64,000 nt of DNA from assembly GCF_009914755.1 (NCBI RefSeq), contig NC_060944.1; one strand, given 5' to 3'. Under the pieces are notes generated by a model. That model saw nothing but the letters and a program-made list of their open reading frames with translations. It ran no database searches and had not been told where the DNA came from. Below, piece by piece: positions 43,508 through 57,079 of the stretch. This DNA is from the human T2T-CHM13v2.0 reference genome, Homo sapiens. Position numbers and translations under genes: made by a program. Position 1 is the first letter of the stretch. Each line of letters opens with the position of its first letter.

Positions 43508-43688
43508 AAGGTTGCCAGATTCGGCAAATCAAAATACAGGACACCTGGGTTTAAGGTGTCTGATAAACAACGATTTTTTAAAGTGTGTGTACCAAATATT
43601 GCATGGGACATACTTACTCTAAAAAAAATTATGAATTATCGTATGAAATTCAAATTTAACTGGGTACCCTGTATTTAATCTGGCAATT
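43508..43688. mobile_element. MER53 palindromic MITE
   Basis: Terminal inverted repeats ttgccagatt/aatctggcaa; internal aaatattgcatgggacatactta. Confidence 0.88.
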
Positions 43689-43869
43689 TGAACATAAGGA
43701 GCTTAACACAAGGCATGGCCTGAGGTCACAGTAAGTGCCAGGGACAATGATGAGGGTGACGATGACTTTAATTCTGATGAATGCGCACCCCAGGATGGAA
43801 GCAGGGGTGCGTATTCATAAGAAGGGCTTTCTAGAGCAATGGAGGCCTAGGCTAAGTCTTGAAGGACTC

Positions 43870-44640
43870 CAATCATGTGTGCAACAAATATTTATTGAGC
43901 ACTTATTAAGTGCCGGGCTCTGTCCCAGGTGCTAGGGATGCAGCAGTGAACAAAACAGATAAAAATCACTGCCCTCATGGGCATGATTTATTAGTGGGGG
44001 AGACAGTATTTACTCTTTATTTAAAGAAGATAAGCAAAAAGAAGTATTTACTCTTTATTTAAAGAAGATAAGCAAAATCTATAGAGTGTCAAATGATGCT
44101 AGGGAGAAAACATAAGTAGAACATGAAGTGTTGAGGTGAGGTGAAGTTTTGGAGTGGGTGGGAAGGACAAACTTACTGAGAAGTTGGCTGAAGTAACAAT
44201 GTGAAGAAAGGAGAAGAGCTGTGAGATATTTAGGGGAAGCTCATTTCAGAAAAGGGAGGTAGCAAGTGCAAGGGTCCTGCAGTGGAGGGCACCTGAACGT
44301 GCAAGAAACAGCGAGGACGCCTGGGTGGCGGGAGCAGAGGGAGCAAGGGGTGGGAGGGGAAAAGGGGGCTGGGTCTCACAGGGTCTTGGGGCACCAGAAG
44401 GACATTGAGTGAGAGAGAGCCACTGTGGGGCTCTGATATAATCTGACCTGCGTTCCGATAGGATGTCCCTGGCTGCTTGTGGAGGATAAACTGCAAGGCA
44501 GGAGCAGAGAGACCCGTGAGGAGGTGACCGCAACAATCCGGGTGAGACAGGACGGTGGTTGGGACCAGGGAGGAAGGTGGTGAATACATTTTGAAGGGAG
44601 TGCTGATAGGATTTGCTGCTGGTTCCAATTTGGAGAGGAC
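43870..44640 (-). mobile_element. L2a-like fragment
   Basis: caacaaatatttattgagcac...agtgaacaaaacaga...ataggatttgctg. Confidence 0.88.
44005..44077. repeat. Perfect 35-bp direct repeat (period 38)
   Basis: agtatttactctttatttaaagaagataagcaaaa at 44005 and 44043. Confidence 0.96.
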
Positions 44641-45269
44641 GGGAGAGAGAGAGAGAGAGCCGGGGGAGGAGGGGAGGACACTACTAATGCCTACTTAAAG
44701 AGAGTTAACCAGATGGAGAAAGGGAAAAGAAACAATAGCTGAGGCAATCCCGGCAATGATTGCTTCAGCCAGGAAGTGCCTTGCAGCGAGGATGTGACTT
44801 CCAACCCGCGCGGGACAACCTGTTTCTCCACCCTCCCAGCTGGATTGTGGACACGCCTGTCATGAATCCTGCCTCCCCACACTGTCCTGCTGTGAATGAG
44901 ATCAGCAATCTTTGCTGCCCTGGTCGCTTGCAGCAAGAGACTGCTTGGCCCCTGTGCTGAGAGAGCACCCTTGCCCAGGGCAGAGAACCTCCCCTGCCCT
45001 CAGGAGGCCCGGGAAGATTTCCTGGGCTGCCTGAGTCTAACCATTGCTCCCATGATCCATGGCCCATTAACAAACCACTCCAAAATTTAGGGGCTTAAAT
45101 AGCAACCATCATTTACTTGGCTTACAAATAGGCTATTTGGGCCAGGTTCCGTGGGGGAAGGCTCATCTCTGTCCTCACAGCATCAGCCAGGGAGGCTTTT
45201 CTGGGGAAGGGAGTGTCTGCTGTCAAAATCTGGCAGACAGGTTGGTGCTGGCTATTGCCAGGGATGTCG

Positions 45270-45490
45270 ACTAAGAGCCTTTGGTTTCAAATCCCAGCTC
45301 CAGCAGGTGCAGCTGGGTGATCTTGAAAAAGTCCTTCAATCTCTCTGTGCCCCAGTTCTCTCATCTGTAAAGTGGGGATTGTCGTAGCACCTATCTTATA
45401 GGGAATTCACAGAGATAATACATTCAAGGGATATAAAGCAGTGTCTGGGACATAGTGCTCAGTAAGTATTAATGATCAGTATTAGTATTG
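45270..45490 (+). mobile_element. MIR
   Basis: ttcaaatcccagctc...ctctgtgccccagttctctcatctgtaaagtgggg. Confidence 0.88.
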
Positions 45491-46804
45491 TGATTTTTTC
45501 ATCGTAACGAGGAAAAACTCACAATGCAGTAATTAACAATTTGTGCATGCTTCCCCGTCTCCATGTCTCCATGAGTAGAGTTTTAAAGGAGGTTTTAAAA
45601 AAAGTAGCTCACTAGTAAAACTAGCTAATATATGTTAATCATAGAAATTTAGAAATAGAAGAAGAAAATTACCCTAGGTAATTACTGTTGCTATCTTGGG
45701 ACCATTTCTTTCCAGCGGTGGTTCTCTTTTGTTTCATTCCCCCTTATTTTAAAGCAGGGTTAGGAGAAGAAAGAAAGAGGAGGGGGCAAGTGTATGAACG
45801 AACATGCCAAGCAGAGTCAGGAGCAGAAATTTCAATACATTCCAATCCACCCGGGACAGAAATGACTTGTTCTAAGGTTTGAAATGACCCCCTTCTCTCA
45901 GGTGAGAATGACCATAACTCCAGGGGTCCCATGATGCGTGGAGTTCACCATCTTCAGCAAGAATGCGGTGTGGATTCACAGCGCGAGTGTGTTCGCCTGT
46001 GCATTTTACATTTCAAACATTTGTCACTCAAGAGCATTGTCCAACAGACCCCTTCAGGGAACCAGGCCAGGAAACGCTGAGTTCAGAGAGGGGCTTTGAT
46101 ATCTGAGAATGCAGTGAAAGAGATGTTTTTGATAGAAGAGTGATTCTTGGCTGCTGAATAAGAAATAGTTCTCATCCATAATGCATGGCCCTTTAGAAGA
46201 CAGAAAGAAAAGTCAGTCTAAATGTAGCATAGACTGGAAAAAGATGAGGAGTGATTTAGCATGCCATTCAGAAGAGGCTAGTCCTCTTCTCAGCTAATTC
46301 ATGCTTCCCCCAGGCTGACTGAGGAAGGCCCCCTCACTGGGGGCTTGCATGGTGTCTGTTGGTGTCAGGAAGAGGTGCAAAGGAAAGTGTTAAGTGGCAA
46401 GGAGGACGGACCTAACAAAAGACAGATCGAGACCAAACACGGAGGATGTTTTCTAACTCAAAGATGATTTTCCTAAATATTCTAGATCCTTTTGGGGTTT
46501 TTATTTTGGGATCCTGATTTTAGCTGTAGTGTTCATCAATGGAAGCACAACTAAGAAAAGTGGTGAGGGGCAACATATGGGTTTGGAGGCCTTGTCTGAG
46601 TGACATTCCTGTTGGCCTAGTGGTCTTCTACATGGCACCCAGCCACAGGATGGAGCCTGTTTAATAATCAGGTGATGTTTCTAGAGCCTGGACAAGCCCT
46701 TTGTTGTTATCATTTGTTTGCTCAAGCATGTTGCCAACAGAGGACTTCCCAGGGTCCTCAGCCTCCAAAACAGGTTAGTTTTGGAAACGCTGTGGGAAAA
46801 TATT

Positions 46805-47602
46805 GGTAGTGGGTCGAATACTGTCCCTCTGAAAGATGGGTCCAAGTCCTAACCCCAGGCCTCTGTGAATGTGACCTTTATAGAAATAGGGTCTTTGCAG
46901 AGGTAATTATGGTAAGGACTGAGATAATGTCTGATATGGTTTGGCCATGTACCCGCCTAAGTCTCAAATTATAGCTCCCATAATTCCCACATGTTGTAGG
47001 AGGGACTGGTAGGAGGTAATTAAATCATGGGGGTGGGTCTTTCCCATGCTGTTCTCGTGAGGGTAAGTCTCACGAGATCTGATGGTTTTATAAAGGGGAG
47101 TTCCCCTGCACAAGCTCTATCTTGCCTGCCACCATGTAAGACATGCCTTTCACCACAATTGTGAGGCCTCCCCAGCCACGTGGAACTGCAAGTCCATTAA
47201 ACCTCTTATTCTTTATAAATTACCCAGTCTTGGGTATGTCTTTATCAGCAGTGTGAAAACACACTAATACTTCCTGGAGTTAGAGTGGGCCCTAAATCTA
47301 ATGACTGGCATCCTTAATAAGAAGACAAGAGGACACAGAGAGAGAAACACAGGGCAGAAGCTGTGTGAAGATGGAGGCAGAGCCTGGAGAGAGGCTGCCA
47401 CAAGCCAAGGACTGCTGAAAGCCACCAGGAGCTGGAAGGGGCAAGGCAGGATTCTCCCTGGAGTCTTTGGAGGGAGTGTGGCCCTGCTGGCACCTCACCT
47501 TGATTGCAGATGTCTAGCCTTCAGAGCTGTGAGAGAGTAAATTAAATTTCTGATATTTTAAATCCCTGCAAGTTTGCTGTGATGGCCTTAAGAGATGAAT
47601 CC
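46805..47602 (+). mobile_element. MLT1B/C-like LTR split by THE1
   Basis: aagtcctaacccc...gaatgtgacc...gggtctttgcagaggtaatt; resumes gggccctaaatctaatgactgg. Confidence 0.85.
46932..47270 (+). mobile_element. THE1 (B-like) solo LTR
   Basis: tgatatggtttgg...tctttatcagcagtgtgaaaacacactaatac. Confidence 0.93.
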
Positions 47603-47704
47603 AGTATTTTAGGCCTAAATCTCCCTGGTCTCATTTTGTCCCATTCCCTTGTCACTTTTATGTGTCAGCCAAAATGGATGGATTTCTGGCAGTTTCCAGT
47701 TCTT

Positions 47705-47705
<1 letters not shown>

Positions 47706-47743
<38 letters not shown>

Positions 47744-48025
47744 TTTTGAGACGGAGTTTCCTTGTCACCCAGGCTGCAGTGCAGTGGCATGGCCTCAGCT
47801 CACTGTAACCTCTGCCCCTGGGTTCAAGCCATTCTCCTGTCACAGCCTCCTGAGTAGCTGGGATTACAGGCGCGTACCACCATGCCCAGCTAATTTTGTA
47901 TTTTTAGTAGAGATGGGGTTTCACCAAGTTGGCCAGGCTGGTCTCGAACTCCTGACCTCAGGTGATCTGCCCACCTTGGCCTCCCAAAATGATGAGATTA
48001 CAGGCATGAGCCACCACGCCTGGCC
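47706..48025 (-). mobile_element. AluS, full length
   Basis: Long TSD tggcagtttccagttcttt on both sides. Confidence 0.97.
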
Positions 48026-48295
48026 TGGCAGTTTCCAGTTCTTTCCCATGTTCTCCCCACTGTGCCTTCCCCCACACTGTCCCTGGCTATTGTTTCCAGC
48101 ACTGATACCCCACCCCATCTGCCTTTCAGAATTAAGCTCTCCTAGTCAAGACAGCCTTCCTGACACCACCTCCACCCCAGCATATATTCTGTCCTGTGGT
48201 TGTACCATGGCCCTACTGAGGCTGGGTATGATTATTTATTTGTGTGACTGATCTGTCCCTCTCATCAGGCCACATGACCCATTCATTCATCAAAT

Positions 48296-49211
48296 TGTTA
48301 CCAGTGGAGGGTGTCCAGGTTCTTGGTGTTTTGAACATGGAATTGGACAAAACGCACAAACAAAGCAAGGAAAGAAAGAAGCAACAAAAGCAGAGATTTA
48401 TTGAAAACAGAAGTACACTCCGCAGGGTGGCAGTGGGCCATGCAGCTGCTCAAGGGCCAAGATACCAAATTTTCTCAGGTCCAAGTACCCCCTAGAGGTT
48501 TCCCATTGGCCACTTGGTGCTTACCCCATGTAAATGAAGTGGTGGCTCACAATCTGTCTGATTGCAGAAAGCAACCAATCAGAGGCTGAAGTGAAGTTAC
48601 AAAGGCCACACTCCTATGCAAACATCTGATTGGTTGCGGAAAGCAACCAGTCAGAGGCTAAGGTGAAGTTACAAAGCTGCACTTCTATGCAAACTAAGAC
48701 TTGGCTCCCGGTGCCCCACCATCAGTCTGATTGGTTGTAGACAACAACCAATTAAAGGCTTAAGTGAAGTTACAAAGTTACACTCCTGTGCAAACATCTG
48801 ATTGGTTGCAATCCCAGCACTTTGGGAGACTGAGGTGGGTGGATCACGAGGTCAGGAGTTTGAGACCAGCCTGGCCAATATGGTGAAACCTCATCTCTAC
48901 TAAAAATTACAAAATTAGCTGGGCGTGGTGGCGCGTGCCTGTAGGCTCAGCTACTCGGAAGAATCGCTTGTACTGGGTAGGTGGAGCTTGCAGTAAGCCG
49001 AGATTGAGCCACTGGACTCCAGCCTGGGTGACAGAGCAAGACTCTGTCTTAAAAAAAAAAAAAAAAAAGGTGGGGATTTGCAAAGGGAGTTGCCTCTGGT
49101 CCTTTTGTTATTAGGCGTGGAAAGTTAGGGTTTTCCTTTCTATTTAGTTCTAGGAAGTCAGCGTGAAATAGCCTTAGGTTCCCTGCCTCCAGACCCTTTT
49201 CTCCTGCCTCA
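48296..49211 (-). mobile_element. ERV1 solo LTR (MER51-like), inserted in an L2 end
   Basis: TG...CA termini; 4-bp TSD AAAT at 48292-48295 and 49212-49215; end ggttccctgcctccagaccc...tcctgcctca. Confidence 0.85.
48809..49068 (+). mobile_element. 5'-truncated AluS inside the LTR
   Basis: Starts at aatcccagcactttgg; poly(A) tail; short right-arm deletion. Confidence 0.95.
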
Positions 49212-50134
49212 AAATACTTACTGAACACCTGTGTATTGCAAGCACTAGCCTAGGCATGGGCCGGAGAAAAGGGAACTTAGTATGAGAAATCTTCTTTTAA
49301 AATAGTATTGGTGTTCTAATAGATATTAACAGCCTATAAGGGATATGGTGGCTTTAAGAATTAGATGGAAAAGCATGTCAGTAGCTTAGAACAGTGCCTG
49401 ATCCACTGTAAGAACTCAATGAATTCTAGTTGATATTATGGATTCTGTTACTGGGAAGTTATTATTGGAAGAAACAGCATGTGGTCCAAACAGAACATGT
49501 CTTTGGGCCAAATCCTGTTATTCTTTTGTAAAGCAAGAGAAGAAGGAAAGTGCTGGCCCTGTGGAAGATTGCATAAGCCTCTTTGCCACTGTCTCCAAGT
49601 CTTTGGCTCTGTGTCTGTGTGTTGCATGCAGCCATGTACACTCATGCACACGCACACATGCACACACGTCCATCCCTGTAGTCCTGTGTCTGCTGTCTCA
49701 CCCCACACCGTTGGCCATGGCAGCCAGCTCTCCCAGTGGTTCTGGGGCCACAGAGAAAGTTCTCAGAATCCATTTTCTTCCAGGTGTGAGTGGGCAGGAG
49801 CAGTAGGCAGGCCACGTGCCCACATTACAAACCTACAGGAAGCCTCTTAATCACCACGGGCTTGGTCAGTAGACCTTGTTTCTGTTCATCTCTGGTGCAT
49901 CACCTGTAGTGCAGGTGGATCCCTGGTAGGGGGCTGAGATGATCTCCATCGACTTGCATTCGTGTGACGTTGGCTGTGACGTGGGAAAGAAAGGTTCTAT
50001 TCAAATTCCTTTTCCACTCCTCCCCCTACCTCCCATGACTTCAGGAGTTGGAAAGGCAAGGTGAGTGAAAAATCAGGGAATGAAATGCAGTTTAAATAAA
50101 GAGTTTGAAGCAGTCCTCGGACAGTATCCCTCTC

Positions 50135-50598
50135 TATGGCAGATGCACCTGACAGCGATCCCTTAGGCATGCTCTGAGAATAGTGCACCTGGATGTGTGT
50201 TCTGAGTTACCAGCTAAGGAATCCAGATGTGGCCAACCTGGAGATCCATTCCTGGTCTATGAGGAACACCTGAGCTCCTCCGTCCCATCCGTTGGAACAT
50301 GGATAGAGGCCCTGTGTTTTGGGTTGAATGACGATTGCCAAGTGGAGGTTGTTAGGAGGAGGATGCTAAGTGAAAATGCTGTATCAACCACATGCCTTTG
50401 GCAAGCAGTTGCGGTTTTTCTGCCCAGGCTGCTGCCACTGGACTGGGGGTTCTGCTGTCCAGCCCACCACGACTAGACTCTCTCCCCTGTACATAAGCCC
50501 CCAGTGAAACTCCATGGCTCCTTTGCTGGCTCTGGGTCTCTTTGGGCTCTTGAACCTGGTGCCATCCCCATTAGAGTGGATGGGGGCTCAGCACAACA
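50135..50598 (+). mobile_element. ERVL solo LTR (LTR47-like)
   Basis: tatggcagatgcacctgacagc...gctaagtgaaaatgctgtat...gcacaaca; family name from memory. Confidence 0.6.
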
Positions 50599-50857
50599 TT
50601 CTCCCCTGGGAGGAACAGGTAGGAACCCTTGGTGAGCTGGCCTCATCTAGAGGAGGGATCTGATGGTTGCATGGCCCACGCAAATGTTTCATTAGGCTCA
50701 TAAGATGATTTGAAAGTTCTGAGTCAGTTGTCAGTGTTTTGAAATAGGCAGATTCACAAGAAGATGCTTGTCCTGGCTTTTGCAAACATAAAGAGCTCTG
50801 GTCGCACCAGGCCTGGTTCCCACCAGAACTTGATGGGTCACAGTGAGCCTCCATGCT

Positions 50858-51620
50858 CTTTTATTTTTAAAATTTTATTATATGTAATGTATATGTATAC
50901 ATTTATATTAAAATATAAAATTATATGAAAATAGATAAATTATATGATAGATACAATTTTTATATATTATATATGTTATAATTAATATATAAATTATAAT
51001 TAATATATAATATAGAAGATATTACTATCTATTATATAATATAAATGTTCTATATAATATAAATTATATATACATGACATTAATATATAATATATTCATA
51101 TTCATATACAATATGAATTTATATAATATATAATTATATCTATATTGTATTTATATAATATATAACATGTAATAATATATATTTATATACACATATATGT
51201 GTTATATATAATATACAGTAACATATTTACATATAATTAATAGGTAATACTATATTAATTATATATAATATATAATATATCGATATGTGATAGTGTATTA
51301 ATATAATGTAATATTAATTTATTACATATTAATTACATAATATATAATATATAAATTGGTACTATATAATATATAATATCTATCATATAATATATAAATG
51401 TGTGTTATATATTACTAACATAATATGTTATCAATATATAATATATATTATTTAAAAATTTATCTTACATATAATAAATATTAATTATATAATTATATAA
51501 ATTATATTTATTATATGTAATTAATATACATTATATATTTTTCTATAATTATATATAACATATTAATTATATATTATGTAAAATATATTTATATATAAAT
51601 TGTGTGTGTGTGTGTGTGTA
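50858..51620. repeat. ~750-bp AT-rich low-complexity tract ending in (TG)n
   Basis: Almost pure A/T, degenerate (TA)n. Confidence 0.97.
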
Positions 51621-52020
51621 TAGTGGTGAATTGCATAATGGTGATGTCTGAGATTTGAGTACACCCATCACTTGTTTAGTGTACATTGTACCCAATATGT
51701 AGTTTTTTTTATCCTTCACCTGCTCCTACTCTCCCCCTCTGAGTCTCTAAAGTTCATTATGCCACTTTGTATGCCTCTGTGTATTCATCGCTTAGCTCCC
51801 ACCTATAATTGAGAGCATATGGAATTTGGTTTTTTTTATTCCTGAGTTACTTCACTTAGAATAATGGCCTCTAGCTCATCCACATTTCTGCAAAAAACAT
51901 TCTTTTGTTCTTTTTTATGGCTGAGTAGTATTCCGTGGTGTATATATACCACATTTTCTTATCCACTCATTGGCTGATGGGCACTTAGGTTGGTTCCATA
52001 TCTTTTCAATTCTGCATTGT
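51621..52020 (-). mobile_element. L1 (PB/MA-like) 3' end
   Basis: tcacttagaataatggcctc...ttttatggctgagtagtattcc...ccacattttcttatcca. Confidence 0.9.
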
Positions 52021-52244
52021 ACCTTTTTTGCCCTTTTAGGTGGACAGTGCCCTCCCGCTCGTCACTGTCACTGCTCCTCCCTGCCCAGCTCTCTCATTCC
52101 CCCTCCTCCGTGTCCCTTCAGGTCTCTGGGTTTGCGCACCGCTTCTGTGGCTCCCAGGGCACAGTGCACCACGGCTGTGCTCAGTCATCTTTGCTGACGA
52201 ACAGAGGGCAAAGGGCTGAAGAGAATATTAATATCCTATCATGT

Positions 52245-52544
<300 letters not shown>

Positions 52545-52744
52545 CTATCGTGGGCACGTGCTTCTCCTCCCAGACCTCCAAGCCTTGGTGCTCAGTCCCT
52601 CTGCAGACCCAAAGGTGAAAGAACCAGGATCCGTCTGCGTCGTGGCATGGCCCATGATCTGCCCAGAGGACTGGCACCCACTGTGTGCCTGTCCCCTGAA
52701 CTGCCACACCCCACTGTGGAGTTGGATAGCATAAGGGGTGGACG

Positions 52745-53215
52745 AGTGTCCTGAGGCTGCTATAACAAAAGACTACAATCTGTGTGGCTTAGAACCACAG
52801 AAAATTCTTCTCCCACAGTTCTAGAAGCCAGAAGCCTGAAACGGAGGTGTCACCAGGGCTGCTCTGTCTCTCTCAAGGCTCTAGTGGAGGGTCCATTCCA
52901 GCTTCTGGTGGCTCCCGGGTTCCTCCACTGTGGCCACAGCCTCCAATCTCTGCCTCTGTGGGCAGACAGCCTCCTCCTCTTCCCGTCCATCCTCCACGTG
53001 TCTGCCTCCCTCTGCCTCACTCTTCTAAGGACACCTGGGATTTCTTTTATGACCCACCTGGACAATCTAGGACCAGCGCCTCCTCTCCAGACCTTCAATT
53101 TAATTGCATCGTTTGTTCTATAAGGAGTATTTACTCTTCTGCCATAGGGAGCATATAGGTTTCAGGGATTAGGGCATAGACATATCCTTCGGGGGCCACC
53201 ATTCAGTCAACCAAA
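52745..53215 (-). mobile_element. MLT1 LTR
   Basis: ggctgctataacaaaagactacaa...cacagttctagaagccagaag...ggggccaccattcag. Confidence 0.85.
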
Positions 53216-53234
53216 GGCAAAGGGAAAGGCCTCA

Positions 53235-53445
53235 GGACAGTCAGACTTGGGTTCAAATCCCAATTCTGATGATTTCTGGTTGTCTGACCTCAGGCAAATC
53301 GCTCTACCGGTTTAAATCCGTCTCAGTGGCATTAAAATGGAATTAAGAAACTAGTTCATGGAGTCGTGATGATTTGATCAGCTCATGTGTGCAGGGCACA
53401 TAGCCTGGTGCCTGGCACTCTGAGTCAATGTTCAGCACATGCTAG
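53235..53445 (+). mobile_element. MIR
   Basis: agtcagacttgggttcaaatccc. Confidence 0.8.
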
Positions 53446-54534
53446 CAGAAAAGCAACAGCCTGCAGACCTCGGCCGAGGCACATTCTCTGAAAAGCTGTG
53501 TGTTATGAGCCATGCCTCTCCGTCTCCTATGAAATCAGCCTGGGCTTGTCAACAGCCTTCCCAGGACGTGCATGTTTTCTAGGTGCTGGGGGAGTTCGGA
53601 GAGAGCAAGCAGGGAGATAAACACGTGCGTGCGTCTCCTCCCTGGTGTTTGCACGGCGTGTGTTGCTTCTGGAATGTGTGCCTGAGCTTTATTCCTGCTT
53701 TTGCTTTTTACAGTGGATTGGACAGGTTTGGATGAGGAACAGAAGCACAGAGAGGACGAGTGGCTTGTCCCATGTCACCCTCATAATAAGTGGGAAAGAC
53801 ACATACTTCGCTCCCTAAGCCCTGTATGATGCTTGTGCTCATTATACAGCATGATGAAATGGCTCCCATCTTTCCTTGTTGTTTTACAAGCAATTTGGGG
53901 GAGCGGGAGTCTAAAACTTTGCCCATCTCCTGATTGTAATGGAACCAGTTCCAGAGAGGCACTTGTGTTGTTTGGAGTCCCCTGGGCAAATTAAACCCCA
54001 TTCCTGCTTATAGAAACCAGCACTCCATTGAAACACAATGACACAGTCTCTCCCCTGAGTGTACCTGAGCAATTCTGGAGGGTGGAGCTGCTGGCAATGA
54101 CTTCTGGATGCCGGGGAAGTGGTTCCTCATAAGCCTGTTCCTCAACACGCTTTGGGGATGTGATCTACCTGATTCTCCCAGTATGGGAGGCAGAGGAGAG
54201 ATGCTGGCTAGGGAATGCCAGGAAAGTCCTTACTGGGCATTCTGCACTTCTCCTTATAAGACTGGAAGAGTTTCTGAATGGAGGAAAGGAGACTCCATGT
54301 GTCACCCAGGGTTCTTTGTCTGTGTGCAACAGAAATCACTCTAAGTGTAAGGAATGGGAACAGATGAAGGTGCTCAGAGGATGGAAGGAAAGACTGGAAA
54401 GTGACATTTGGAAAAAAAAATCGGGTCTCACAGGTCCAAGGAGACTCTTGGTAGCAAGACTGCTTGATGGTCTTGTCTGGGCACCAGCGCTGAAATGAAC
54501 TCCCTCTGTCTTTCATCTGGGTCCTTTTAATAGG

Positions 54535-55700
<1,166 letters not shown>

Positions 55701-56559
55701 ATAACAGTGCTTATCTAGGGAGGAGGGTACAACTGATTATTATTTTAAAGGAGAATGAATTAATATAGCAGGTAATTTTTAAAATGAATGGAGGGGAGGA
55801 AGTGGCTGTGGGTTAGATGCTCTTTCCTATGGCAGGGAGCAGTCCTCTTTTGGGGCACAGGCTTTGCTGGTCCCCACTGCTGATTCTTACTTCAGCCCAC
55901 CCTGGTGGGAGTCTAGGGTGCTGCACAGCCAACTGGCAAATCTTCCCATACCCTCAACCCTTGCCTACTGGTGGTCTTCATGGCTCTGACCTGCATTATT
56001 CTTCCAGCTCTCACACTCTCTTTGTTCACCTCTCGAAATCTTTTTCTGGTCCCCAGGACAGGTGATGTTAAAAATACCTGTGAGCGTCCTCATTCGAGGA
56101 CCTCAGTTCCCGGAGGCCCTGGGGCCTTCTGCCGCAGTGACTCACCAGCTGTTCTTAGGGAACATGACTGTCTGGATGCATCTGGCTTGCAGCAGGTTGA
56201 CAGATTCAAAGTGAAAGGTGCTATAAGTGGATTCCAGGATACAGACCTTCCTAAAGGCACCCTGGAGAATCTTCCCAAGGTGAAGCTTTAAATGTACAGT
56301 ATGTGGTAAGAGGAGTGGCGAGGAAAGTTTGTTGTCTTGCAAGTATGCTCTGACCCTGTATACCCCATGCCCTTGTCTCCCACCCCACCCCCCTCCACCA
56401 TGAACCAGCTGCACTGAGCTCTTTCTCTGCCTACACCCTCAGGCCTCTGCTCTTGCTGTTTTCTGTAACCTAGAAGAATCTTCCCAGAGACCTCCAGGAG
56501 GCTGGGCCATTCTTGTCATTCAATTGCAATGTCACCTCCTGAGAAAGGCCCTTTCTGAC

Positions 56560-56927
56560 TATATAGTTTGGTAGGGGGCCACAGAGTGGCTTAAGTAACA
56601 GAAATGTATTGCCCACATTCTGGAGGCTGGAAGTCCAAGTTCAAGGTGCTGGCAGGGTTGGTTTCTTCTGAGGTCTCATTCAACAGAGAGAGGTGCCGTC
56701 TTCTCTCTGTGTCTTCGTGTGGTCTCGCCTCTGTGCGTGTCTGTGTCCTGATCTCCTCTCCTTATAAGAACAACAGTCTTATTCGATTAGTGGTCCATCC
56801 TAGTGACGCTATTTTAATCCAATTACCTCTTTAAAGGCCCAGTCTCCAAATACAGTCACATTCTGGGGTCCTGGGGGTTAGGACTTCAACACATGAATTT
56901 TGGAAGGGTACAACTTGGCTCACAATA
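56560..56927 (-). mobile_element. MLT1A-like LTR inside L2
   Basis: ttctggaggctggaagtccaag...ctccaaatacagtcacattctg...gacttcaacacatgaatttt. Confidence 0.87.
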
Positions 56928-57079
56928 CTGACCATTCTATAGAAAGACCCCCCCTCCCCAAACATTCTGCCTTATCACTCTTTAGCCACATCCTATTCTA
57001 TCTGCTTCAGAACCACTATCACTTTCTAAAATGACCTCAATTAATTTTATTTGATGATTTATGTATTATTTACCAGCAA

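Noticed and set aside
47649-48251. Longest ORF (200 aa) as a gene
   Set aside because: Its core is the typical antisense Alu translation ([19 protein letters not shown]) with a poly-Phe run from the tail, and it has a non-ATG start.
50858-51600. Palindromic AT-rich repeat (PATRR)
   Set aside because: I could not see long-range inverted symmetry by eye; a dot-plot is needed.
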